A stretch of 64,000 bases of DNA. It comes from Mobula hypostoma (taxonomy: Eukaryota). The notes beneath the pieces were generated by a model. It had not been told where the DNA came from and ran no database searches. It worked only from the letters and a program-made list of their open reading frames with translations. Position 1 is the first letter of the stretch. Every line of letters begins with the position of its first letter. Location of the stretch: the NCBI RefSeq assembly GCF_963921235.1, contig NC_086097.1, positions 155,808,001 through 155,872,000 of the forward strand, read 5' to 3'. Positions 1-12,515 of this stretch are shown one piece after another. A program made the translations under genes and the position numbers.

Positions 1-653
1 CATCGCTCCTGGAATTTCTCCAAACCCAAGACTTCGGGTAAAGACTCTCCTGGAAACAGATTCCACACTCACTATGGCGATAACGCCTCCCAACTCTGCC
101 TCGGCGCCTGTGTTCTGCACTTGAGTCTGTCCACTGTCATGCTTGTGTAACATTATTAATGTATTGCTTGTGCAAACATTCAATAGATGCAATTGTCACT
201 TTTGCCCAGTAACTTGTTTTATTGCACATGTTAAATATAGCAAAATAATACACAAAGACATGGCAAAAGTAAAGGCAAACAAATGAGGTAACAGCAAATT
301 TCACTTTTGCCCAGTAACAAGCCTTATTGCATTTAGTTGTAGCTGTCGCCCCTTTCACCGGTGAAGAGACTGTGGCTGTAGGAGATGTTTCTGACGAACA
401 CGCATCAAGTCTTTTGTTTGGCAATTTCCTTTTAAGTTTTTCTAATCTGCAACTGGACAAACGTGCACCAAGTATATCGTTTCCTCTTCACTTGTTTTCT
501 GTGTGTCCTGTGCATGCCCAGTAGGAGGAGATTCGCCCAAATATTCGTACTAATGTGGACGGAGGTATTTTGAAAAACGCCTGGTGTAGACGCCTATCAT
601 TTTTACGCAAAACCGGCATTTTCAGAATTATCCGGTCTAGTGAGGACATAGCC
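1..653 (-). mobile_element. PIF/Harbinger DNA transposon 5' end, continuing left of the window
   Basis: The minus strand starts GGCTATGTCCTCACTAGACCGGATAATTC at 653, a Harbinger-like TIR. ORF 137..460 continues in frame through one TGA to ...RRRGRVGRRY...KSWVWRNSRSD, resembling the N-terminus of Harbinger transposases. Confidence 0.6.
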
Positions 654-1149
654 TTGGAGGGATGTATGCTCCACCCTGTTTCCTGAAATCAATTAAGAGC
701 TGCCAAATTCAATACCAGTCTCAAAGAGCACTCTTCACACAATTCCATGTATATTGACCAAAGCAGGACTCATATCCAACTTTCACATGCTCTTCTCCAG
801 CTTGCTCACAAGACATTGCATTCACAGATCCTTTCCTTCCTCTATATACAACAGAGTGGACCATAATCAGAGGCCACAGGAGATAAATGGAAGATCTTAC
901 AACCAGAAGCACCAACAGATACCTAGAGTGGAAAACTGATGTTTATTGCTTTTCAATTTTTGAGCATGGGTTGCGGTTATTGTTACTAACATGATTGTTG
1001 CTGAAACCATGGACAGTAGCTGTCTCATACCATCCCAATATGAATAGTTTAAAACTCAATCCATTTTCTTTCTCCTAAATGACATACTCTAGACTTGCTC
1101 CTCTGACATATCCCTCTCCATTCCATTGACCTCAACTTTATCTTCATGA

Positions 1150-1270
1150 AAAATAAATTACTGCAGAAATCTGTAATAAAACAATAAATTGCTGGAAATG
1201 TTCAGCATGTCTGGCATCATCTACAGAGAGAGAGAACTGAGGTTCAGGCCAGAGGTCCTTCATTAAAGCT
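1150..1270 (-). mobile_element. Old Penelope-derived 3' terminal fragment with degenerate hammerhead motif
   Basis: Reverse complement TAATGAAGGACCTCTGGCCTGAACCTCAG...AGATGATGCCAGAC...CCAGCAATTT resembles the PLE terminus at 17355-17451. Confidence 0.5.
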
Positions 1271-1464
1271 TGCCTGGTGTCTTTATTGGATTTACAATTC
1301 AGAAACTTACTGTCAGGCACACTGAAACCAATATTGATGGAGGAGTTTGTTATGGTACTAATGAAGGAGGTTTTATCTTTATCATGAACGGTCTATGGTG
1401 CTGCATTCAAGTCACAGTCTCCCTTGGAAGCATGGGTCCATTCTCACTCCTGATAGTTAAGATG

Positions 1465-1800
1465 TACAAAGGGAAATGAAAACAGGTTTTTTCCGCTGAG
1501 GCTCGGTGAGACTCGAACTTGAGTTCATAGGTTAAGAATGAAAGATGAAATATTTAAGAGGCACCTGAGGGGCAACTCCTTCACTCAGAGGGTGATGTGA
1601 ATGTGGGACAAGCTGCTCGAAGAAGTGGTAGATATGGGTTCTGTTTCAACACTTAAAGTACGTTTGGATAAGTACATGGAAAGGAGAGGAATGGGGGAGC
1701 TATTCTAGGTGCAGATCAATGGGACTAGGCAGAATAACAGTTGGCCATGCACTAGATGAGCTGAAGGGTCTGTTTCTATGCTGTAGTGTTGTATGACATC
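1465..1800 (+). mobile_element. CR1 LINE 3' fragment
   Basis: Degenerate RT C-terminus (TTCACTCAGAGGGTG = FTQRV) followed by a CR1 3'UTR. Confidence 0.75.
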
Positions 1801-1924
1801 TATAAACTAGAAGACTTCAAACGACTTCATTTTAGAGTCTAGTGATAAAATAAGAGCTATCACTTTACTGAGGTACACAACAAACAGTCAAACAAAGAAA
1901 AGGAAAGGAGTGAATCATAAAGTT

Positions 1925-3050
1925 CCTGGTTGCATGCTATTTCCACTTCCCATTCCCCTGCTGATCTGTCTGCTCTTGCTCTTCTCCACTGCCAGGATCA
2001 GCCCTAGATAGTCCTTCTAAAGAAGAGGCAATACTGTATCTAATCTACATTCAGTACCTCCTGTACCTAATAAGGTGGCCATTGAGTATAGGTTCTTGGT
2101 CTTTTGCTGGTGTAGCCTATCCTCTTCAAGGTTCAATGTGTTGTGCATTCAGAGATGCATACCATTGTTGAATAGCATGGTTATTTGAATTACTGTCACC
2201 TTCCTCTCAGCTTCAATCAGGCTGGCCACTCATCTCTGATTTCTCTCATTAACAATGCATTTTCACCCACAGAACTGCTGCTCACTGTATGTTTTTTTTT
2301 CTGCTCCATTCTCTGTAAACTCTTGAGATTGCTGTGCCTAAAAATCCCAGGAGATCAGCAGTTTCTGAGATACTCAATCATCCTTATCAGTCACTTAGAT
2401 CACATTTTTCCCCATTCTAATATTTGGTCTGACCAGTAGCTGAACCAGTTGTTCATTTTTGCATGCTTTTATGCATTGAGTTTCTGCCACATGATTGGCT
2501 GATTAGATATCTCCATGAACAAGCAGGTGTACCTGATGAAGTAACCAATTAGATGTGAATGCAGCCAGATGATATGGCTGCTGTGTCAAAGGGCTAATTT
2601 TTGGGGATAGTGACTATTGTTCTGTAAGTTTCAATGTATGAATGTTAAATTTTCCGACTTCAGATAACGCTGAGAATACCCCTCCCCCACTGTTCTCCAT
2701 CTGATCCACTTCTGGTCCTCTTCATTTTTATTCGCCTTCCCATATCACCTGCACCCCTTTCTCTTTAATTTCTTTCATCTTCTTGGCCATTCACCTACTA
2801 CCCGCACTGTTCACCTACTGGATCCACTCCCATATGTAGCTCTATCTGTTCTTCATTTCTTCCTTAATGGCTCTCATTATTATCTTGCATTCCAGGGTTT
2901 GCAACCTTTGTGACCCCATTCATTACCCTCCAGCCTCCCTCACCTGGCTCCATCTGTCTTTTTATTCGTTTTTTTTAAAATTCCTTCAAATATTGCTCAT
3001 GACTTGCCTCTATCTTTCAACTCCAGTATTTCCAGCAGGCTCCATCAGTC
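1925..3050 (+). mobile_element. Degenerate Penelope-like 3' remnant interrupted by a Tc1 element
   Basis: TTCCACTTCCCATTCC matches the NSTSHSHSD region of the PLE at ~16910. It is followed by ...AATTTTCCGACTTCAGATAA (ORF end) and a C/T-rich 3'UTR. Confidence 0.5.
2048..2555. mobile_element. Non-autonomous Tc1/mariner element
   Basis: Starts TA-CATTCAGT. Contains GTACCTAATAAGGTGGCCATTGAGTAT and ends in degenerate CAGGTGTACCTGATGAAGTAACCAATTAGATG, both Tc1-type TIR-like motifs. Confidence 0.6.
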
Positions 3051-3064
3051 CATTGGTGGTTGAA

Positions 3065-3790
3065 CTATCACCTATTCAAAGTATCTTGACTGGCTGCATC
3101 ATGGTCTGGTACGGCAATTCAAATGCACAGGAATGTAAGTTTAAAGTGTGGTGGACTCAGCCCAATACATCACAGACACACTCCTCATTACCACAGATGG
3201 AATCTATGGGAGGCTCAGCCTCAACAAGGCGTTACCTATCAACCTATCATCAAAGATCCCCACCATCTGGTTCATGTCCTCTTCTTGCAGTTTGCATTGG
3301 GCAAGAGGTACAGACCACATGACCAGGTGCAAGAACAGCTACTTCCCTTCAACCAGCATGAAAATGTTAGCACGAGAGGGCACAGTTTTGAGGTGCTTGG
3401 AAGTAGGAACAGGGAAGATGTCAGGAGTAAGTTTTTTTTACGCGGAGAGTGGTGAGTGTGTGGAATGGACTGCTGGCAACGGTGGTGGAGGTGGATACGA
3501 TAGGGTCCTTCAAGAGACTCCTGGATTGGTACATGGAGCTTAGAAAAATAGATGGCTATGGGGAACCCTAGGTTGTTTCTAAGGTAAGAACATGTTCAGC
3601 ACAGCTTTGTGGGCTGAAGAGACTGTATTGTGCTGTAGGTTTTCTATGTTTCTAACTATTCGGTTTGGGAACCATCTGGCACTACAAGTAGCTACACGTC
3701 CTTCTAATCGTGTTTTTCCTTGTAAAAATTGTGTTTAATTTTTGTTTGATTTGTGTTCTTTTGTAAATGTTTCTTACGTGATACTGTAGG
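3065..3790 (+). mobile_element. Rex1/Babar LINE 3' fragment containing a CR1 3' end (about 3355-3655)
   Basis: IQSILTGCIMVWYGN...IIKDPHH...GKRYR is a Rex1-type C-terminus. The inserted CR1 encodes TRGHSFEV and has a TTTCTATG tail. Confidence 0.75.
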
Positions 3791-4039
3791 ATTTTGCGAA
3801 TAAAACATTCAAGAGTTGTGTTATGTGCTTAACAAATGCTGCAGTCCTTTACTTTCATTATGAACAAATCAAAAGCAGTCTCCTTTGACATCATTACATC
3901 AGACAGTATCTCTTAAAGTGAACACAACAACTCACTTTTGGCATTTGTGTATTATGTAAACCAGTTTCTATGATGAACAATATGTGTCATCGTTTCCGCC
4001 ATTACATTATCCTTCAATGGTAATCATTTCTGATTAAAG

Positions 4040-4400
4040 TTCAAAGTAAACTTATTTTCAGAGTATGCATATGTTACCACATGTTAACTGAGATTCATCT
4101 TCTAGCAAACTGACATTTACTAGAAAAAAGAACTACAATAAAACTTTATGAAAACCTATACATAAACAGACAATGGGTGATAACCAATGTGCAGAAGAAG
4201 ACAAAATGCAAATAAACAAAAGTAATAATAAGAACTTGAGTTGTAACGAGTCCTTGACAATGAATCTGTAGGTCATAGAATCAGTTCAGAGGATTGGTCA
4301 TTGAAGTTATCCACACCGATTCAGGAGCCTAATGGTTGTTGGATAATGACTGTTCCTGAACTTGGTAGTGTGGGACATCCTGCTTCATGATAGTAGCAAG
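4040..4400 (-). mobile_element. Rex1/Babar 3' end
   Basis: AAAGTTCAAAGTAAAC tail and CTGTTCCTGAAC (reverse complement of the FRNS motif), as in other Rex1 copies in this window. Confidence 0.6.
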
Positions 4401-4959
4401 TAAAGGATATATTATTGCCTTGTCTTGTTCTGTTTTTGTCGCTACTTGTGTTGTTCTGTGTTGTGTTGAATATTTTGGGACCCACACATAAAACTCCTTA
4501 TACACATAGGCCTCCAACCTCAGTACAGGCTTCTGCTCTCCAGTCCTTGGCCTTGGACTCTCAGACATCGTACCTCCAACTTCATAATTTATATAACTAG
4601 TGGAAGCAAACACTTCTGAAAATCTACACACATATTCAGCATGGGAAATAAGTATCTTCATTTTCAGTGTTTTATCATCTCTGCTTTTTAGTTGCAGAAG
4701 GCTCTGGATGTACTGTTGGTTACCATGGGCATCTCCCTTACATTGTCTGAGTGGGAAAAAGGCACAAGCAGCTGTAGTTTTCTTCCTTGCATGTCTAATT
4801 TATCCAAGGGTTTGCACAAATGGAAATACTGTTATAGAGTTAAATGGCACAGCAACAAACCTTTAGTCACTGAATCTTTGCTAACTGTCACATACCATTT
4901 GCATTAATCCAACATTAATCTCTTTTTTTATTCATCCCATGTACCTATCAGCAGTTGGC

Positions 4960-5140
4960 GATTTGCAGTACCAATTGGCCAATCAGCCTGCTCATTTTTG
5001 ACACGTGGAAAGGAATCCAAGCACCCACAGGAAACTGATGCAATCACAGGGAAAATGTGCAGATTCTGCTAGGATAGGAGCAGAGGACAGGACTGAGCTC
5101 CAGTCACTAGAGCTGTAAGGCAGCAGTTTGATTAGCTTTA
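4960..5140 (-). mobile_element. HE1/V-SINE-like tRNA SINE, degenerate
   Basis: GCACCCACAGGAAAC...CAATCACAGGGAAAATGTGCAGATTC is the reverse complement of a V-domain. Confidence 0.6.
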
Positions 5141-5277
5141 CCCTGGTGTACAGCTGCATTCACAGTTACCTTATCACATCTATTTTTCCTGTCATGACAG
5201 AGTCAGTCTCAAGTACTGAAGTATCTAAATGGCAGTGGGTATGAGATTCATCACACAGATGGGTTTTAGTCAATGAT

Positions 5278-5400
5278 AAACAAGAGAAAATCTGCAGATG
5301 CTGGAAATCAAAGGGTCTCTGCTCGAAACGTTGATTATACCCTTTTTCATAGATGCTGCTTGGCCGGCTGAGTTCCTCCAGCATTTTGTGTGTGTTTCTT
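5278..5400. mobile_element. Miniature inverted Penelope-terminus insertion
   Basis: An antisense tail (AAACAAGAGAAAATCTGCAGATGCTGGAAATC) is joined to a sense arm AAGGGTCTCTGCTCGAAACGTTGA...GTGTGTT. Confidence 0.7.
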
Positions 5401-6199
5401 GTTGATTAAAGATTCAGTTTTGACAGGACAGAATAGCAACAAACCCATGAAACATTACTTGTAATTTGCAGATATATAAATGCTTTCCAAATAGATGTCA
5501 AAGTGCAGGGAAAATATCAATTTAATAATTTCCTAAGCATGAAAGATAGGATTCTGATTACTATCTGTAACTAATGATCATCCTTGATTTCTTATCACCA
5601 CACTGGAATGACAATCTAGATTGTATGTGCAGGCACAGGGTTTAAATTATTCCCTTTGTTACCTAGAAGCCACTGAACAAAAAGTGAGTGTACAATCTGT
5701 TGGCTGGAATACTACCAAAAAAAAATCTGAATCTGTATAGAATCCACAATCTTTAGATAGATTTTGATCTTTTCTACAATTGGCAATGTTTCTCTAAATA
5801 AGTGACAATGAATTTGAAATTCCTGCACAGACTTGAAAGTTTTAATTTTGACTGGTTGAAGCTGCTGATTTTTGACTCCCCAAGGAACAATAGAGTAAGT
5901 ATGATTGGGAATTTAGCTCTGAAACAGGGATTTTGATCATTTGATTAGAGAGGAACAGCAGCAAGTGTGTCAACCAAGTTCTAAGTAAGTTTATTGATTT
6001 TTAAAGCTGAAGGTAGTCACAATTTAATTACATTAAAATAGTGTGAAATATTTTTGAATGTTTCATGGTTGTATAGAATTACTGTTGAAACATTTAGAGT
6101 CCTCAGCCAGCCATATGCATCCCACCCTACCACATCAACCAATGCTATGGGATTATTTTTAAAATATTTGGCAGAAAATGAGAATGAAGACAGAAAAAT

Positions 6200-7560
6200 A
6201 AGAACCTAAGTAGGCCATTTTGCTTAGTGGTAGCCTGCTCAACATTCTATAAGGTAGTAGCTGGCCGTAAGTTCATAAAATATAGGAGCAGAATTGGGCA
6301 ATTTGACCCATCAGATCTGTTCCACATTTCAATTACTGCTGATTCTTTAAGACAGAGGAGCAGAATGAGGCCATTTGACCCATTGAGTCTATTCCTCTAT
6401 TCACTCATGGCTGATCCTTTTTCCCCCTTCCTCAGCCCCATACCCAGACCTTTTCCACTTTGTTGTTGTGGCCAATCAAGAACCTATCAATCTCTGCCTT
6501 AAATATACCCAATGACCTGGGCTCCACAGCTGCCTGTGGTAACAAATTTCACAACTTCACCACCCTCTGGCTAAAGAAATTTCTCTACATCTCTGTTATA
6601 GATAGTTGCCCTCCAGCCTGAGGATCTTCCCTCTTGCCCTGGATTCCCCCACCATGGGAAACATCCTTTCCACATCTACTGTCTAAGCCTTTCAACACTC
6701 CAAAGGTTTCAATTAGATCTCTCATCCTTCTAAACCCCAGTGAGTACAGGTCCAGAGCCATCAAATGTTCCTCATATGATAACTCTTTCATTCCCAGAAT
6801 CATCCTTATGAACCTCCTTTAGACCCTCTCCAATGTCAGCACTTCTTTTCTTAGATAAGGAGCCCAAAACTGTTCACAATACTCAAGGTGAGGCCTCATA
6901 AGGCAGTGGTCCCCAACCTCCAGGCCGTGGACCAATACCAGGCTATGAAGCATGCAGTGGTGCAGTGGTAGCCGGGACGCACCCAGCATATCTTTAAGAA
7001 AACAGCCAAAATAAACAAGCTAATTAATTAGGTTTCACTTGCTCTACATAATCGGCAATCGCCTCTGATCTTGGCCGACATTTACGTGCCGGGCAGCACC
7101 TAATTAATTAGCTTGTTTATTTCTGCTTTTTTCTTAAAGATGCACTGGGTGCATCCCGACTACCACTGCACCCCTGCATGCTTCGCGACGCGGTATCGGT
7201 CTGCAGCCCGGAGGCTGGGAACCACTGGCATAAAGCCTTAGCATCACATAACCTGCTCTTGTATTCAAAACCTCTTTAAATGAATGCTAACATTGCATTT
7301 GCCTTCCTCATCATCAACTCAACCTGCAAGTTAACCTTTAAGGACTTCCAAGTCCCTATGCATCTCAAATCTTTGGATTTCTCACCTTTTAGAAAATGGT
7401 TTGCACTTTTATTTCTTCTACCAAAGTGCATGACCATGCATTTTCCAACTTTGTATTTCATTTGCTACTTTCTTGCCTATTTTCCTAATCTGTCTGTAAT
7501 TCCTTCTACAGCCTTCCTGTTTCCTAAACACTACCCGCACCTCCACCAATTTTCGTACCA
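6200..7560 (-). mobile_element. Stacked CR1 3' ends and a CR1 RT fragment
   Basis: Three consecutive CR1 3'UTR motifs (about 6200, 6275 and 6350). Minus-strand ORFs encode LSYEEHLMALDLYSL and KCMVMHFGRRN. Confidence 0.8.
6904..7227. mobile_element. Palindromic hAT-type MITE
   Basis: Termini CAGTGGTCCCCAACC...GGGAACCACTG, ~130-bp inverted arms and a degenerate 8-bp TSD (TCATAAGG/GCATAAAG). Inserted in CR1. Confidence 0.8.
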
Positions 7561-7764
7561 TCAGCAAACTAGGATTCTTTTTCAATTTCATTCTCCTGCC
7601 TTCTCACTGTAGCACTTAACCCCTTTATCAATCAGAAAACCTATCAATTTCTGCCTTAAATACAACCAGTTTAACCTCCACAATCTCTATGGTGAACAAT
7701 TCCACAGAATCACCACACCCTGGATGAAAAATTCTTCCTCATCAGGCTTTAAAGAGATGTCCCA

Positions 7765-8960
7765 GTAGGACAAACCAGGATAGGACTTACACAGTAAATG
7801 GAAGGGCACTGAAGACTGCAGTAGAACAGGGGGATCTGGGAATACAAATCCTTAATTCCTTGAAAGTGGCTTCACAGGTAGATAGAGTTGTAAAGAGATC
7901 TTTTGGCACTTTGGCCTTCATAAGTCAATGTATTGAGTACAGGAACTGAGAGTTATGTTGAAGTTGCATAAGGTGTTAGTGAGGCCTAATTTGAAGTACT
8001 TTCTGCAGCTCTGATCACCTACCTACAGGAAAGATACCAATAATATTATAAGAGTCTGGAGAAAATTTACAAGGATTTTGTGAGTACCTGAGTATGGTGC
8101 GTGGCCAAGTGGTTAGGGCATTGGGCTCGCGATCTGAAGGTCGTGGGTTCGAGTCTCGGCCAAAGCAGGGTGTTGTGTCTTTGAGCAAGGCACTTAACCA
8201 CACACTGCTCCAGTCCACCCAGCTGAAAATGGGTACCGGCAAATGCTGGGGGTTAACCTTGCGATGGACTGGCATCCTATCCGGGGGGGAAGTCTCATAC
8301 TCTCAGTCGCTTCAAGCCACAGAAACCGGCATAAGCACTGGCCTGATGGGCCACAAGGCTCAGGACAGACTTTAACTTTAACTGAGTACCTGAGTTATAG
8401 TGAAAGTTTGAATAGGTTAGGACTTTGTTCCTTGGATCATAGTAAACTGAAGGGAGATTTGACAGAGTATGTAAAAGCTATATAGCCAGACTAAAAACAA
8501 GCAGACTTTTTCCACTAAGGTTAAGTAGGACTAGAACTAGAGGTTATGGGTTAAGGATGAAAGTTGAGGTGCTTAAGGGAACATGACAGGCAACTTCACT
8601 CAGATTCTGTCAGCAGAAGTGGTGAATGAGGGTTTGAAATCAAAACGTAAGAGAAGTTTTTATAAGTATGTGGATGGGATGGGATGGGATAGAGTTGTAA
8701 AGAGATCTTTTGGCAGTTTGGCCTTCATAAGTCAATGTATTGAGTACAGGAACTGAGATGTTATGTTGAAGTTGCATAAGCTGATTTGTCCTACCGAATT
8801 GGAACCGACTGAAGGCCTGGAAAAGGTCGACATGGAGAGGATATTTCCATTAGGAGGAGAGTGCAGTTGCAGGTTGATGGAACTAGGGAAGAATAACAAT
8901 TCTTCATGGACTAGATGGGACAAACAGCCTGTTTCTCTGCTCTAGTGCTCCATGACTCTA
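7765..8960 (+). mobile_element. CR1 LINE 3' fragment with nested insertions
   Basis: Degenerate RT C-terminal motifs (GGGATCTGGG, GTGAGGCCTAATTTG, LSYSESLNRLGL) and a 3'UTR. Confidence 0.75.
8094..8382 (+). mobile_element. Full-length tRNA-derived SINE with Meta/CORE-like central domain
   Basis: A box TGGCCAAGTGG (8102-8112), B box GGTTCGAGTCT (8146-8156), central GTGTCTTTGAGCAAGGCACTTAAC...AAATGGGTACC and (ACTTTA)n tail. Perfect 13-bp TSD TGAGTACCTGAGT at 8081-8093 and 8383-8395. Confidence 0.9.
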
Positions 8961-9950
8961 TATCTGTTAATCCTTCTGAATTCCAACAAGTGCAGGCCTA
9001 AGTCCTTTAAATGCTCCTTGTATATTAAACCGTTTTTTTCCTGGGATCAATCTGGACTATTTCCAGACCCAACACATCTTTCCTTAGATAAAGAGCCCAA
9101 AATAGATCACAATATTCTATATATGATCTGACCAATGCCTTATAAAGCCCTAGCAGTCAATCCTTGATATTTTTTAATACGCTAGTACTCTTAAAAGGAA
9201 TGTTAACATTTCATTTGCCTTCCTTACTACCAGCTCAAACTGCAGGTTAAACTTTAGGGAATTCTGACCTGGAGACTGATTCACTACCGTAACACCATTT
9301 CGCAGAGCTACCACTGAAGCCTTACGGAGCAAAGAATTCCAAATATTCTCCACACTTTTAGTGAACAAACTTCTCGTCTCAGTATTAAATGGCTTACTCT
9401 TATTTCAGTAGTATCATAGATTCTGCCAGGGGAAGTTTCCTCTCAATATATTCCCTATTGAATTCTCTTAAAAATGTTGAATATTGTATGTTTTCATAAC
9501 GTTTAGTTAGTTGATGGTTCTCTACTTCTAATCATTTGAGAATATGTTTCTACTGGGGAAATTGCTATTCTGTCTTAAAAAATCCAAGTCACCTTTTAAT
9601 AGACCATAGAACAGTACAGGCTCTTTGGCCCACATAGATTTGCTGACCTTTTGACCTACTCCAAGAACAATCTAACCCTTCATTCCAACATAGCCCAGAG
9701 CCTTCCATTTTTCTTTCATCCATATGCCTATCCAAGAGTTTCCCAGATGTCCCTAATGTATCAACCTCTACCACCATACCCGGCGGAGTATTCCAGCCAC
9801 TTTTCGCTGTCTGTATAAAAAAAAACTTACATCTCCCCTAAACTTTGCTCCACTCACCTTAAATGGACGTCCTCTGATATTAGCCATTGCCGCCCTGGGA
9901 AAATGGTGCTGGGTGTCTACTCTATCTATGCTTCTTATAATCTTGTGCAT
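8960..9950 (-). mobile_element. Several CR1 3' fragments
   Basis: Minus-strand ORFs encode KIIRSIDRVDTQHHFP, LLDRHMDERKMEG and VVRKANEMLTF. Confidence 0.7.
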
Positions 9951-10596
9951 GTTTTTAAATTCTAATTTTTGTATAACAGCCTGTTGTTAAAATATATATA
10001 ACGAATCTAAAAATGAAGTGAAGCTACATTTGAAATGTCTTGGGCTAATACACATACATAATTCATTAACTTTGTTAATGGATCCTTGTAGGCATAGCTC
10101 AGTGCTTGATAGATGTAGTTAGAATTGGGGCTTGAAGGAAATGAGTACTAAGTCAGACCAAATCAATCATTTGGTTTTAAATGTTCACAAATGCCAAGTG
10201 GAAAATTATCACTTCCTTTGGAATCACCTGACTTTTCTTTAATAAGTAAAGTTATAGCTCCCAGCATGCAAGAAGTAAATGACAAGCGGTGGAGATCAGG
10301 CCTAATGTCCAAAATTATGAAAATCGTTAATAGGAATATTCACTTTTAGTTACGCTAGATTTTGGCTGGTTCCATCAGAACTCTGTTACAGAGTTTGCTA
10401 CATAGTCTACTGAACCATGAAGCGTGTGTAGTTATACTTTCTGTAAAACACCATGTCTGAACAAAATTACAGGGAGAAGCTTTTCTTTTTACTCTGTAAT
10501 ACTTGCATGTATGGATCACTAGACCAGATGTCATCCACTGAGGGTCTTTTGCCCACAAGATAGTAGAGAGTTCCCTTATTATTTTATGGAACTTAC

Positions 10597-10661
10597 AAGG
10601 TTTTATATTTTTCATGAAGAGGGAAATCTGGAAAGACATACCAGGAGACTCTCGCATAACC
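10597..10661 (-). other. Candidate exon (65 bp) of an unidentified transcript
   Basis: Minus-strand acceptor GCTTTTCTCTAG and donor GTAAGT in repeat-free sequence. Confidence 0.3.
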
Positions 10662-11004
10662 CTAGAGAAAAGCATTCAATAATGAAGTGGAGAGTGCTGC
10701 TTTAAGCACAGAGGACTTACGCTTCTTCATGCATAGCTCTATGGAAACAGGCTGTGAAAAATCCCATTTTGGTTCTACTATGGACCTGAATATTTGTTAG
10801 AAATGGGTACCAGACATCCCCAGTAAATCCCAATGATTTTGCATTTCAAATATACATGATAGTAGTGATCATGATTCAGTTTCTTTTCACAGATGGCTTT
10901 GGAAAATTAGCAGCAGGAAGTGAGACAACAGGGGCCATGATCCTTTTATATTTCCGTTCAGCATCAGTCACCTGCGCCTTAAAAATCCACACCAAATGAC
11001 TCAC

Positions 11005-11141
11005 CCACATTTTCTCTTGTCAAACACGAAAGCCATCTGGAGCTTGTAACTCTGAGTCAGTAGGTGCTTGAAGTGGTGATGATGCTCGTTCCCTGGTGCA
11101 ATTTATTCTAAAGGGTTCCTACTCATGGAGATGTGGCTTAG
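11005..11141 (-). other. Candidate exon (137 bp), non-coding or start-containing
   Basis: Minus-strand acceptor CTGTCTTTTCTCGTTGCAG and donor TGG|GTGAGT. Stops occur in all three frames near its 5' end. Confidence 0.35.
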
Positions 11142-12139
11142 CTGCAACGAGAAAAGACAGACACATAATTAGTCAGTGCACAAAATATCAGTTTTGCTTT
11201 TAAAATGTATATTTTTCACTGTGGAAAGGAGAAAAACTGATTCACATCCACTGAAAAAGATTTATGCAAGGTGAAGTAATCCAGATTGTCTATTTCTTTA
11301 ATATCAGTGTTTCATCCCCAGTCAGGGACCTCCATATTTGCTTCAGGATGTAAGACATTTAACCTACTGACTACCTCCACACATACAATGCCTTGTTTTA
11401 AAGATAACACATGTATGATTCAGTGTGATATATATTTAGCAACACTACCAAATCTGCAGATCCTGCCTTCGAACATACACTGCACTATTACTCGGAATAA
11501 TGGAAGCAAAATAAAACTGAATGCTAATTAAAGGGTCGCTATATACTCTTTACCCTTCAAGTACTGCTTCAGTAACTGCTGATGCCTTAAATCAAATGAT
11601 GATCATAAATAGATATTTTTGAAATCTGATTGAAGGAAGACTATGTTTATTATCAAATAACTTGTAAATGGAATTAGAAATGGTGTGAACTGAAGCTAAA
11701 AGATTAATGGCACAAAAAAGTCATTGTACAAGATTGGGAATCAGTGACCGAGAATGGTTGGAGAACATGAGATAAGGAGATTAAGAAAGAATTCAGAATG
11801 TTGAGGTGAATGAAGATGCTAAAATGCTAAAGATGGGAGAAATACTTAAACATGAATATAAAGGGAAACATATTAATGTGCAAGAGAAACAATAACATGG
11901 CAATAGGTAACTGGTAAGCAAAGTTCTGATATTTACATAATAATTTCATCCTCTTAGCCCATATCAAGATTATCCAGACATAATGATTTATTAAAAAATG
12001 CAATTGTTGATATCAAACAGGCAAATTGCCATTCAGTTCATGAACAACATGGTCCCACTGATAGCAATAATATAAATCCCATGTGAATTGAGGCCTAGAA
12101 TACTGTTTATTTCATGTTAAAAGTAGAATATGCAATAAT

Positions 12140-12515
12140 CAGAATCAAAATTACATTTATTTTCACTGTCCTACAATGACGTGAAGTTTGATGATAGTGC
12201 AAAGCAAGGGATGACAAGTTAGTGTTCATGGGGTCATGGAACATGCAGGAATTTAATAGTAGAGGGGAAGAATTTGTTTCTGAATCATTGAGTGAAGGAC
12301 CTCAGGCTCCTGTATCTCCTCCCTGATGATATGAAAAGAAATGGGCATTCCCCAGATGGTAAGGGTACTTAGTGATGGACACTATTTTCTTGATTCACTG
12401 CCTCTTGAAAATACACTCAATGGTGGGGATGGTTGTACCAGTGGTGGAGCTGAGTAAGTTTACAACCCTCTGCAGTCCCTTGCAATCCTGTGCTCTGGAG
12501 ACTCCACACCAGGCC
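12140..12515 (-). mobile_element. Rex1/Babar 3' fragment
   Basis: LQRVVNLLSSTTGTTIPTIECIF and an AATCAGAATC tail. Confidence 0.7.

Noticed and set aside
8096..8165. tRNA gene
   Set aside because: It is the head of a SINE: it continues into a SINE body and tail with a TSD and lacks a proper acceptor stem.
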